A stretch of 64,000 nucleotides of DNA from Antechinus flavipes. Lineage: Eukaryota. The number at the start of each line of letters is the position of its first letter. Position 1 is the first letter of the stretch. Under the pieces are notes generated by a model, which saw only the letters and a list, made by a program, of their open reading frames with translations, was not told where the DNA came from and made no database searches. A program made the position numbers and the translations under genes. The stretch is taken from NCBI RefSeq assembly GCF_016432865.1, contig NC_067400.1, forward strand, positions 246,202,001 through 246,266,000, written 5' to 3'. Shown piece by piece: positions 11,286 to 22,639 of the stretch.

Positions 11286-12434
11286 ATACCAAACACTTCT
11301 TTCTACTCATACAGTCCCCACCTTATATGAGCTTTCACATATTCATCTGCAAGACCTTTTGATTGATCTCATTGCCTCATTCTGCTTCCTGTCCAGATCT
11401 ATCCTCTGACTACTGATCAAGGAAATTTAGTAAAATACTCTTCTGAATCCTCTTCCACTTTAAAAACCCCAAATCTCAAATCAAATCACAATACTCTTAA
11501 AAACTCCAATTGTTTCCTGTTTTGTATTGGTTTTAAATAAATATTATTTGTCTGGGATTTCACCCTTTTCACCAGCTGACATTTTCTTAGCTTTTCCTGT
11601 CTCAGTATACTTTATTCTCTTCCACATACTTTATGAGCCTTTCTAATGTGGCCTACCTGGTTTCACTCAGAAAACACACTTCATGTGCCTTCTATTTGTC
11701 TCTGCATTGTCTGATTGCCTGGTCAAGAATCCTCATCTCTCTTCTCCTGTCACCTCTGACTTTCCCAGATTCAAGAGAGGCTTGGACACATGACAATCTC
11801 ATTATTCCAGGACTTGGTTTTGTCTGTGGGATGTTCTCCTGTGGAATCTCTATATTTGTGACAAATGCCCTGTGGATTTCATGTTTTCACTATCATTGGA
11901 ACTTTGGAGCTACCTGAAGGATTCTGGTGACTTTTGTTTGTAGCCATCTGTAAACCCAAATACAAGGGCTGGTTAAGAGCAAACATAAGGGAGGTAAATT
12001 GTGTTTTAGTGCTCTTGAAATGATTGCTTAATTCATTAATTCCATACATTTTTTCCCTAACAATCAATCTGAACATCAATCCAAAACTTGCTGCCACTTC
12101 ATTCTCAAACAAATCTGATCCAAAGAAGCAAAACTCAAAAGCATGGCTAAAGAATCAGAAGGGCAGGCCATCAAGCTGTGAAATAAGGGCAATGTCCCAG
12201 GAGAGGCTGCTCTAAAACTGTTTATCAGCAGCCAAACTAACCTAGGCTTTAGAAATATTACAATTATTTCTCAGCATAGGAATTCAATCCATGTTGGAGT
12301 TTTTGTAGAGAAAAAGCAAATCAAGAGAAAACATCCTAATTGAGCTGGAGAAATTCTTCTCAGGTAACAATGACAAGAATGTAATTGCCCTTGCAAGTTC
12401 ATTAAAGGGAATGATGTAGGTTTGGAATGAAGTT

Positions 12435-12462
12435 GCCACACCTCCTGCAGGAAGGTATAAAA
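12435..12462 (+). promoter_or_regulatory. Core promoter, copy 3
   Basis: GCCACACCTCC at 12435; TATAAAA 12456-12462. Confidence 0.85.
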
Positions 12463-12521
12463 GTCCCAGTGCACATGGCTCCTACACATTCATACAAACT
12501 AAATCTGTGAAACTTGACACC

Positions 12522-12749
12522 ATGAGCTACTACGGCAGCTACTATGGAGGCCTGGGCTATGGCTATGGCTCTGGTTATGGCTGTGGATGTGGCAGCTACC
12601 GTGGCCTAGGCTATGGCTTTGGAGGCTGTGGCTATGGAGGCCTGGGCTATGGTGGTTATGGCTATGGAGGCCTGGGCTATGGTAGCTATGGCTATGGCTG
12701 CTGCCGCCCATCTTGCTGTGGAAGGTATTCTTCTTATGGCTTCTACTGA
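12522..12749 (+). CDS. KRTAP19/20-like: HGT keratin-associated protein, copy 3 (75 aa)
   Basis: Same G/Y/C-rich ORF, with TATA and polyA signal. Confidence 0.95.
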   Translation: MSYYGSYYGGLGYGYGSGYGCGCGSYRGLGYGFGGCGYGGLGYGGYGYGGLGYGSYGYGCCRPSCCGRYSSYGFY

Positions 12750-13052
12750 AAAACTCTCTGCTCCTGCAATGTCCTGGAATCCTTGTCCAAGCCAGCTTGA
12801 GGTGAACTCCATGATTTTGGAAGGACATGATATTCTATCTACAACTGCGTGACATAGGAGAGCATCTTGGAATCCTTATGGACCACTCAAGATAAGGAAG
12901 TGGCAGGGACTGAGATGCAGTCAGACCCACCCTTCTGGAATTGAAGCAGAATCTCAACATTTCATGAGGGAAATCCCTCCAATAGCAACTCATTTCCAGC
13001 AAGTTTGCTCAGCTCTGATATACCATGGCTGATGAATCTGTTGGGATTTTCA

Positions 13053-13058
13053 AATAAA
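13053..13058 (+). terminator. PolyA signal, copy 3
   Basis: AATAAA at the homologous position. Confidence 0.8.
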
Positions 13059-14340
13059 GTTCTTTTACTGACTTAACAAAACTGTTTCCACCTCTTTTCA
13101 TTGACCTCTTTTTACATGGGTTTCAGTCTAACATGAGGAGAGATTTCAATCTTGACTTAAGTTTGTGTGTTAGTGCAAAATATTTGGTCTCCAATTCATG
13201 TGCTACAATGAAGGAATATCCAGATTTTTGTTTTAAAGTATTTTTCTTTGTTGAATCCCTTTCTCAAGTTTCTGTAGTGTGTCAATTTTAGTACTTCATA
13301 ATTATGTATTTTTTTAAAGCTATAGCCCTTCTCCCAAGTCTGTGTGCCCATTGACAGGGTTTTTGTCCAAGTTTTCTCAAAGATGAACATGTTCATTGTC
13401 TCATGTTCATAGTCTAGCATTTCCATATACAAAAGATCTCTATTGATTGTTAAGATGTAGATTGAGCAGATGACCTCTCATTGTTTCCCACTACTTTTTA
13501 TCATTTACCAATTGGAAATTCCCTGCACAAGTGAATACCACATCACAAAATCTTCAGAAGAAAGACATAAACTAAGTCTGAAGATTCTATCTCCTCAACT
13601 ATACAGCCAGTCTGGAAGGGCCTAACAAAGGCCTTTCAGTCCATGGGGGAAGTGGACCAATTTTTAAAGAATGTTTCTTAAAGCCCTCAAACACCTGAAC
13701 TCAAACTTGCAGAGAAAGAGACTATCTGATTTATTGCTCCATAGCTAAACTTTGGACATTGGCCATCAAAATCATATCTCTCAGATGAGTCCTTGGTCAG
13801 AATGCAATAACCTCTATGAGGCAAATAGGAAGAGCTTAATAAATTTTTATCTGTTGAAATGTTTATAGATTGAACTAGTATTTTATGCAGTGGAGGAAAC
13901 ACTATAAGTTCAGCAACCAGTGGATTTTCATCCCTCCTATAGTTTATTTTTAAGTACATGTGTATATATAATGCCTAGCTCTTTTTTCTCTTTTCTGTAA
14001 AAAGTATGTAGATGTCTGAAGTTCAACTGCTTTTTCAATAGAAAGGCTTTCAGGAGATTCACTCCCTTCAATTTTTTTCAAATTATATCTACAAATAATT
14101 CATCATTCCTTTGCCTGATGACATCCTATAAAGGTCACTTCATTGGAAATTAATTCTTCAGGCCCTTTGACAGCTTTTCAAATAAAAAAAAGAATTTTAT
14201 TCTTTCATCCATCAAGGATGAAAATTGCTTTTGAGAGGTAAAAGACTATCTCTAGAACCAAGTTTTCCAAATTGGGAATAAATGACAAATATCTAATACC
14301 TCTCCTTCTCAATGATCATTTTTTACAAATGTAAGAGATC

Positions 14341-14477
14341 TGGTACAGTGAATAGAGCATGAACCCTGGAGTTAAGAGGATTTTAGTTCAAATCCAACCT
14401 CAGACACTTGATACTTACTAATTGTGTGATCCTGGGCAAGTCACTTAATCCCAATCTCCTTGCCAAAAAAAAAAAAA
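14341..14477 (+). mobile_element. Core SINE (WSINE1/Mar-like)
   Basis: ggtacagtgaatagagc...tcagacacttgatacttac...tgtgtgatcctgggcaagtcacttaatcccaat...A-tail. Confidence 0.8.
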
Positions 14478-15436
14478 GTCCTAGATATTTGGTTTCTAAA
14501 ATTAACATTAAAGAGAATTTACTCTCTCCAAAATATCCAGTGATTTCTTCATGGCCAAAATTAATAGTTTCTTCTGAGTCTTCTTTCTTGATTTCCCTTT
14601 GTCTCTTAAAACACTGGATGATTAGTTTTGTTGCATAGGTTTGACATTGTTCTTCTTACCTAATTATTTATTTCTATTAGCATAAGTTGTCCTGTAGGAT
14701 CAATGCCTATGAAATCAATCCTAACATTCTCTCTCCTTTCTTTTCTCTCCACTAAGTTCTCTCTTTCTTCTTTCCTCTCTCTCCCTTTGTCCCTACTTTC
14801 TTCCTTTCCTTCCTCCCTCCTTCCCTCTCTCTCCCTCCCTTCTTTCCTTTCTCTCTCTCTCCTCAAACACATAAACTCAATCTGCAGGGAAGAAGAGTCT
14901 CTGCTTTACACAACAATTTGGTGTGATTTTTGGTCCCAAAAATCAAATCCCTCAGAAAGGTTTTGGTGAAGAAAGAGCTTAGTACCCTACAAAGTATATA
15001 GTAGTAACTTAATAAACTTTTGGCTGTTGAAATATTTGACTATTGAAATATTGTTTCAGATAGTGGAAGAAATACTGCAAGTGTAGCGGTTGATCTTGTG
15101 CCTCTGGCAGTTTATCTCAAAATTAATGAGTATTCATAAATATGTAATTCCTAGCCTTCATTCTCCTTTTGCCAACAAGCATGTATGTTTCTACTGATTC
15201 CCTGGCATGTCAATGGAAATTCTTTCAAAAAATTCATTTCAACCAATTCTTCCCCAAACAAATTTCTAAGTGATTTATCAGTATTTTGCCTGTAGACATG
15301 CTATGATGGTCATTTCAATGGAAATTAATCCTTCAGAAAGAAAATGATTTTTCTCTTTCAAAGAAATACAAAGTGTACTTAATAGATTTCCAGTTCCATA
15401 TACATCATCTTTTTTTAGTATAGAATATTATTAGAA

Positions 15437-15633
15437 ACTATATGGACATGTATACATATATTGTATTTAACATATACTTTAACATATTTAACATGTATTG
15501 GTCTACCTGCCATCTAAGGGAGGGGGTGGGGGAAGGAGGAAAAAAGCTAGAACAGAAGGTTTTGCAAGGATCAATGCTGAAAAATTACCCATGCATATAT
15601 CTTATAAATAAAAAGCTATAATTAAAAAATATA
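15437..15633 (+). mobile_element. Short L1 3' end
   Basis: G-rich tract, ttacccatgca and A-rich tail; 11-bp TSD with one mismatch, tattattagaa/tatgattagaa. Confidence 0.7.
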
Positions 15634-15879
15634 TATGATTAGAATGCTGGTTGTATTCCATATATTAAAAATAAAATAAGTTATTTAACTAATTATTTTT
15701 AATAAAAATATATCAGGAAACAAGCTACCTTAGGCTGAGTACTGCTAAAAATATTCAGGATAATTGTAGTAGCAGATAAGATATCACATGTCTGACCTCA
15801 TCCCACATGATTTTAATTTCTTCTACCATGACTACCATGCATGGAAAGCTTTCCATGCGGAGAATATTGACATGATTGG

Positions 15880-16115
15880 GCAGTGGGGTGATGCTATGGA
15901 TAGAGTGAATGTTGTGGAGTTGGAAGGATCTAGGTTAAATCCAGCATCAGACACTGGCTATGTGATCCTGGGCAAATGACTTGAACACGTATGCTGCAGT
16001 TTCCCCATCTGTAAGACAAACTAAAGAAGGAGATAGAAAATCACTCCAGTATCTCTGTCAGAGGGATCTCAGGTGAGATCATGAAGTGTCAGACACAACA
16101 AAACAAGAACAACAA
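15880..16115 (+). mobile_element. MAR1-like SINE (core plus RTE-type tail)
   Basis: Core box followed by gaaggagat...cactccagtatct...catgaag.gtcagacaca tail. Confidence 0.75.
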
Positions 16116-16749
16116 ATGATGACATCTTTTCAAAATATTGTTCTTCAGTTTTTATGAGTCTAGATGTTTGTTGACAATAGTTCTGTCAATAATGGTGCCC
16201 TAGATGCAGTCAAACTCAATTGCTGAATCCCCAAGGATACTTTAGAGGTTACATTACTAATACTGAGATTTGTTATTTATTAGTTTGTGAAGCATAATGA
16301 GCTTCTGGTGACCTAATCAAGTCTTTCTAACTATTCTATAAGTGTTTGAATTTTACAACCCAGAAAATAAGAGTTATCTAAAAAGTTCAAGGTTTTAAAG
16401 TAATGCTTTAGCTAAGTCTACTACTGTATTTACAAAAAGACAACTTTCTTTTTAATTTTATGCACTAAAAGTATTAAAAATCCTTATTCTAAATGAAAGA
16501 TTTTTTCCTAATAGTTCCTCTTTTATTTCCTTTTTAAAATTTGATTAAAACATTCAATTAATACTAAAAAAAAAAGAAAAGAACATTCTTAGTGTGAAAA
16601 GAGCTTTTCATTCTCTAACAAAGTTGAAAATCAGTTTAATAGTGTAAAAGAGCATTTCTGGATCCAAGTTCTCCTAAATGGGAACCAATTAAAAAAATCT
16701 AATACCTGTACATTTTGGTAGCCATTAAAAAACCTTAAGAGACCTGGTA

Positions 16750-17375
16750 CAAAAAAAAATGGACCAACATTATTTATAGCAGCTCTTTTTGTGATGATGA
16801 AGGATTGAAATTGTGATGTTAACTATCGACTGGGGAATGGCTGAATAAGTTCTGCTATATGGATGTAATGGAATACTATTGGTCTATAAAAATGATGAGC
16901 AGGTAGATTTAAGAAAAACCTAAAAAGACTTAAATGAGCTGATGTTGAGTGAAGTGAATAGAATCATAAGAATATTGTAGACAATAACAATAACATTGTG
17001 AAATGATCCACTATGATACCTCTTTTTAGAAATACTATGATTCAAGACAATTCTAAAAAATTCCTGGTGGAAAACATTATTCACATCCAGAAAAAGAATT
17101 ATGAAATCTGAGTGCAGAGTATAGCATAACATTTTCATTTTGTTTTTTGTTTTAACTTTCTCTTTTGTTTTGATTCTTCTTTTACAACTTGACTAATGTG
17201 GAAATATGTTTAATGTGATTTTTAATTAAATTATAGCATGATTGTTGTTATGTAAGATTGGTTGTGATATTGGGAGTTGGGAGTGAAAGAGAAAAATTTG
17301 GAACTCAAAAAAAAAAAAGAATGCTAAATACTATCTTTACATGTAATTGGAGGGAAAAAAAAAAAAAGAAATACT
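16750..17375 (+). mobile_element. Old L1 3' fragment shared by the B-type units
   Basis: tttatagcagctcttttt...ggaatactat...A-tail; paralogs at about 25650, 32715 and 44270. Confidence 0.75.
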
Positions 17376-17444
17376 ATTAAGTGAAAAGTGAAAGAGAGAG
17401 GGAAAGAGACCTAGCATAGTGTCCTCAGTATTCTCTGAGACCTA

Positions 17445-18960
17445 TGGACTTTTTTGCATCTATTAAAATGATCATATGTTTTCTTTTGGTTTTGTTGTTA
17501 ATATGGTTGATTATGGCAATAGTGTTCCTGATATTGAAACACAGTTGCCATAATGACAAAACCATTGATGACAAAACCAAAAGAGAACATATGATTTCAA
17601 TAGATGCAAAAAAAGCTTTTGACAAAATACAGCAGCCATTCCCATTAAAAACATTAGAGACATCACTGTTTCACAAAAAATTGCTGGGAAAACTGGAAAA
17701 TAATATGTCAGAAACTTGGCATAAACATACATTTCATACTCCATACAAAAATAAAGTCAAAATGGGTACATGATTTGGGTATAAAGGCTGATACCATAAG
17801 CAAATTAGGAGAGCAAGGGAGAGTTTACCTATCAGATTTTTGAAGAAGAGAGGAATTTATGATCAAAGAAGAATAGAGAACATTATGAAAAATTAAATCA
17901 ATAACTTTGATTACATTAAATTCAAAAGGGTTTGCATAAACAAGACCAACAAAAACAAGATTAAAAGGGAAGTAGAAAGCTGGGGGCAGGGGAATTTTAC
18001 AGTCAGTGTTTATGATAAATGCCTAATTTCTAAAATATATAAAGAACTGTGTCAAATTTATAAGAATACAAGTCATTCCCCAATTGATGGTAAAAGGATA
18101 TGAACAGACAATTTTTAGATGATCCAATTAAAGCCATCTATAGTTATATAAAAAATGCTCTAAATCACTATTGATTAATGAAATGCAAGTTAAAACATCT
18201 CTGAGATATACATCTTACACCTCTCAGAATAGCCAAGATGACAGAAAAAGATAATAATAAATGTTGGAAAGGATATAGGAAAACTGGGAAACTAATGCAT
18301 TGTTGATGCAGTTGTGAATGATTCAACCATTCTGGAGAGCAATCTGAACCTATACCCAAAGGGCTATAAAACTGGGCACACATCCTTTAACACAGCAGTG
18401 CCACTACTGGGTCTATATCCAAAGTAAATCATAAAAAAAGAAAAAAAGAAAAGGAGCTACATGTGCCAAAATGTTTGTAGCAAGTCTTTTTGTGATGACA
18501 AAGAATTGAAAAATGAGTACATGGCCATCAATTGGGGAATGATTGAATAAGTTATAGTATATGAAAGTAATGGAATATTATTGTTCTATAAAAAATAATG
18601 AACAAGATAATTTTAGAAAGGTCTGGAAAGATTTACATGAGCAAAGCAAGCAAAACCAGGAATATATTGTACACAGTAACAGTAAAATTGTATGATGACC
18701 AGCTGTGAAAGATCTGTTCTCAGTGGTTCAGTGATCCAAGACAATCTCAATAAACTTTGGTTAGAAAACACCATCTACATCCAGAAAGAGAATTATGGAG
18801 ATTGGATGTAAATCGGCACATTCTATGTTCACTTTTTTCTGTTTTTTTTCCCCTCTCTCATGATTTTCTCTTTAGTTCTGATTTTTTCTCTTATCATGAT
18901 TCATAAAGCAATGTATATTTTAAAAGTTAATATATATGTTTAATCAAAAACATAAAATAA
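17445..18960 (+). mobile_element. L1 ORF2/3'UTR fragment with inverted 5' segment
   Basis: RT-region peptide HMISIDAKKAFDKIQ on plus; FNIRNTIAIINHINNKTKRKHMII on minus at 17445-17541. Confidence 0.8.
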
Positions 18961-19686
18961 CTTTTTAAAAGAAAATTATTGTGTAATATTTAGAAGCTAG
19001 GAGGAGAGATATGATGTTTATTGCTGTTTCTAACCACATTTTTCTCCTCATCAGTTAAAGTCTTTCTGAGATGTCCCAAAACCAAAGAGCTACAATCTGC
19101 CTTCTCTTCTCTCCACTACAACTTCTCAGTTGGTAACAACCTCATCTGACATGGACTCACTCCCCAACACTAACTACACCATCTCAGCTTTCAGACCAGC
19201 ATGCCTGAACTTGATGGTTTAGCTGCCTGTCTACCTAGGTGAGGAAAGCATGATCCCACCCAAATTCTTAATACCAGCACTTAGTATCTCTCCATTTAGA
19301 AAGTCCATGACTGCACAGTAATCAATAGAGCTATCTCAAGGTCCCTTCTGGTTCTTCTTTCACTGTCTTTGAAAACCTAAAAATCTGGTTCCTGAATCCA
19401 ATATTCAAGAGAAACTACTATCTCCACTTTGGCCTTATGGCCAAAACTAATGACTTCCTCTTAGTTTTCTTTCTTCTTGATGGCTTTTCAGATCTTGGAA
19501 ATATTAGCTAATTGATGCTGCTCAATAGGTGTAACATAGTTCTTTAAGACATATTTTTTTTTATTTCTGATATCCTGAAACAGCCAATTATCTTGGCATC
19601 AAATGCCTATGTGATTAATCTTAAATTTCTATTTTTTTCCAATTCTACTCCATTAAATTTTCTCTTATGTTGAAAGAGTAGAAATC

Positions 19687-19890
19687 NNNNNNNNNNNNNN
19701 NNNNNNNNNNNNNNNNNNNNNNNNNNNNNNNNNNNNNNNNNNNNNNNNNNNNNNNNNNNNNNNNNNNNNNNNNNNNNNNNNNNNNNNNNNNNNNNNNNNN
19801 NNNNNNNNNNNNNNNNNNNNNNNNNNNNNNNNNNNNNNNNNNNNNNNNNNNNNNNNNNNNNNNNNNNNNNNNNNNNNNNNNNNNNNNNNN
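19687..19890. other. Assembly gap (N run)
   Basis: 204 Ns. Confidence 1.
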
Positions 19891-21494
19891 GGAGAGGAAA
19901 GAAAAGAGAGAATTAGGATCTCTTTCTGTCTGTCTGTCTCTCTTTTTCCTTTCTTTTTTTCCTACTCACTCTTTCCATCTTTTATTTACTGTCAAATCTC
20001 GAATTATAGGCAAAAATCTCCCCTAAGTTTCAGTCATGTATCATAAACTATAAGATAAGACAATTTCAATTTTATACCCTCTACATATCTCAAAACCACC
20101 ACCTCTATAACTGATCTCCTTAATCCTGCTTCTTCAAAAGCAACCTATCTATTCAAAACTTCTCTATAGCTTTCAAAGAAACTGCCACCAGCCCAAGAAA
20201 TTAGGCTCATAGACTTGGGAAAGATCTTGATCTTTCTGCATCATCATAATTACCCAGTTAACAAAACTTCTCCTTTCTGTTTTCACAAAGTTCCTGCAAT
20301 CCAAACACATTTTCCCCACTCATATTGCCCCCACAGTTGATCAACTTTCACAGGCCTCTCTGCAAGATCCTTTGATTCGTCTCTCTGCCTCAATCTTCTT
20401 TCCAGACAAATCCATTCTCCAATCACAGGATCAAGTTATTTTCCTAAAATATTTTTCTGACTCCTGTCCAACTCTAACCACACAAAATCCCAAATTATTA
20501 CATTAATAATCTTGGAAACCCCAATTGCTTCATCTTTTGTATTGATTTAAGAAAATATCCTATGTCTGGAATTTCACCAACTTCATCAACTGACTCCTTT
20601 CTCTTATCTTTCCATTTTCATTACACTTTATTCTCTTCCCCACGTTTGAAGATTATGCCCTATGTAGTTTACCTACTTTTGCTCAGACAATGCCTTTTGC
20701 TCACATGCCTTCTGCTTGACTTGGCACTATGTATGGCTATGTATCCTGCCAAGAATTCTCTCCTCTCTCCTACAGTCAACTGTGATTTTTCCTAATGGAA
20801 GACAATCTCTGAACAGCAGCAGGATCCCATTGTCCCAAGAACTAGGGCCTTTGCCCCCTTTGCCTTCTCTTCTGTGAAAGCTTCGTGTAAGTGGCAGCTG
20901 TCATGTTCTTTTCATTTTTTTTTATTGTTCTTAGAACTTCAGAGTTTCCTGAGAACAGATGTTCCAGTGACCTCTCTTTGTATTCCCAGGTCTAAGTACA
21001 ATAACCAGTAGAGTGCAAGCATTGGGGAAGTGGTTTGTATCTATGCTTTTTGAATGGTGATTTAATTCACTAATTCCATGCATTTTTTTTCTCCACAATT
21101 ATCTCAACTTCAATCCAAAATTTGCTGTCACTTGAGTCTCTAAAAGATGTGATCAAAAGAAACAGAATTAAAATCACGCTCAAAGAATCAGAAGGCTCGG
21201 CCATTAAGCTGTGAAATAAAAACAATATTCCAGGAAAGACTGCCATTAAGACCATTTAGACCACCAACTATACTAACCACATGGACTTTGGCAACATTAT
21301 AATTATTTCTTATGTCAGGAACGCAATCTTTATTGGAGTCTTCATAGAGAAACAGCAGATCAATAGAAAATAACCTTAATGAGCTGGAGAAATTCTTCTC
21401 AGGTTAAAAAAAAAAAAAAAAAAACCATTGACGAGAACATGATTTTGCCTTGGCAAGTTCATTAGTGGGAGTGATGCAATTCTGGAATGAAGCT

Positions 21495-21524
21495 GCCACA
21501 CCTCCTGTTTGGAAGTATATAAAA
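21495..21524 (+). promoter_or_regulatory. Core promoter, copy 4
   Basis: GCCACACCTCC at 21495; TATATAAAA 21516-21524. Confidence 0.85.
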
Positions 21525-21602
21525 GTCATACTGCACATGATTCCCTATACATTCACTCAAACTGAACCTTGACATCCTTTCAGATCTGTGAATCTTAACA
21601 CA

Positions 21603-21845
21603 ATGAGCTACTACGGCGGCTACTATGGAGGCCTGGGCTATGGCTATGGTTCTGGTTATGGCTGTGGATGTGGCAGCTACTGTGGCCTAGGATATGGCTA
21701 TGGTGGCTGTGGCTGTGGAGGTCTGGGCTATGGTGGCTATGGCTATGGAGGCCTGGGCTGTGGAGGCTATGGCTACAGAGGCTATGGCTATGGCTGCTGC
21801 CGCCCATCTTGTTGTGGAGGATGCTACTCTTCTGGATTCTACTAA
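21603..21845 (+). CDS. KRTAP19/20-like: HGT keratin-associated protein, copy 4 (80 aa)
   Basis: [12 protein letters not shown]...[16 protein letters not shown]. Confidence 0.95.
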   Translation: MSYYGGYYGGLGYGYGSGYGCGCGSYCGLGYGYGGCGCGGLGYGGYGYGGLGCGGYGYRGYGYGCCRPSCCGGCYSSGFY

Positions 21846-22161
21846 AGAAACATCTGCTCCTGAAGTGGCATCATTGTCTGGTCAAGATTGGGTTAATTCC
21901 ACATTTTCCTAATGACATCATATTCCATCTGTCTCTGCTACTTGATGGCATAGGAGAGCTACTACAAAATGCCTCAGAATCCAGATCAGAATCACTCGGG
22001 ACAATGAAATAGCAAGAACTGAAAAGCAGCCGAATTTGTTCTTCTGGAAAAACATGCAGAATCTCATCGTCATGAGGGATTTTTCTCCCAGTGACATCTT
22101 CTTTCCAGCAATTTTGCATAACTCTGATATACTATGGCTGAAATATCTATTGTTATTATAT

Positions 22162-22167
22162 AATAAA
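22162..22167 (+). terminator. PolyA signal, copy 4
   Basis: AATAAA at the homologous position. Confidence 0.8.
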
Positions 22168-22639
22168 TTTGTATGACTGGCTTAACAAAACTGTTTTCAC
22201 CTCTCTTCCTTGAAGTGCTTGTATTTGGGCTTCAGTCTCAAACTGTGAAGAGATTTTCATTCTTGTGCTTCATTACTGAAGATTTAGTCTCCAATTCTTT
22301 TTTTTTTTTTTGCAACAAAGTGATAACTCTCAAGATTTCTGTTTAAAAAGATTTTATTTCCTTGTTAAATCCCTCTCTAAAATATTACTTCTGTAGTGCT
22401 AAAAATTGTGTTTCTCAATACTCAGGACCCCACTTTACTGATGGTAAGGTCTTTGTTTTTGTAATCCATGGTCTGTCTCCCACATTTTATGTGCACGTGC
22501 ATTAATTTTTTATGTTAACTTTTCTGAAATTCACATCTTCATTACCGTTTGCTGATGATCCATTCCTTGAAGATCCAAATGGTTCCTGATAATTGTCAAG
22601 ATGTGGATTGGTCCAGTGATTTCTAGTTGTCTCCCTCCA

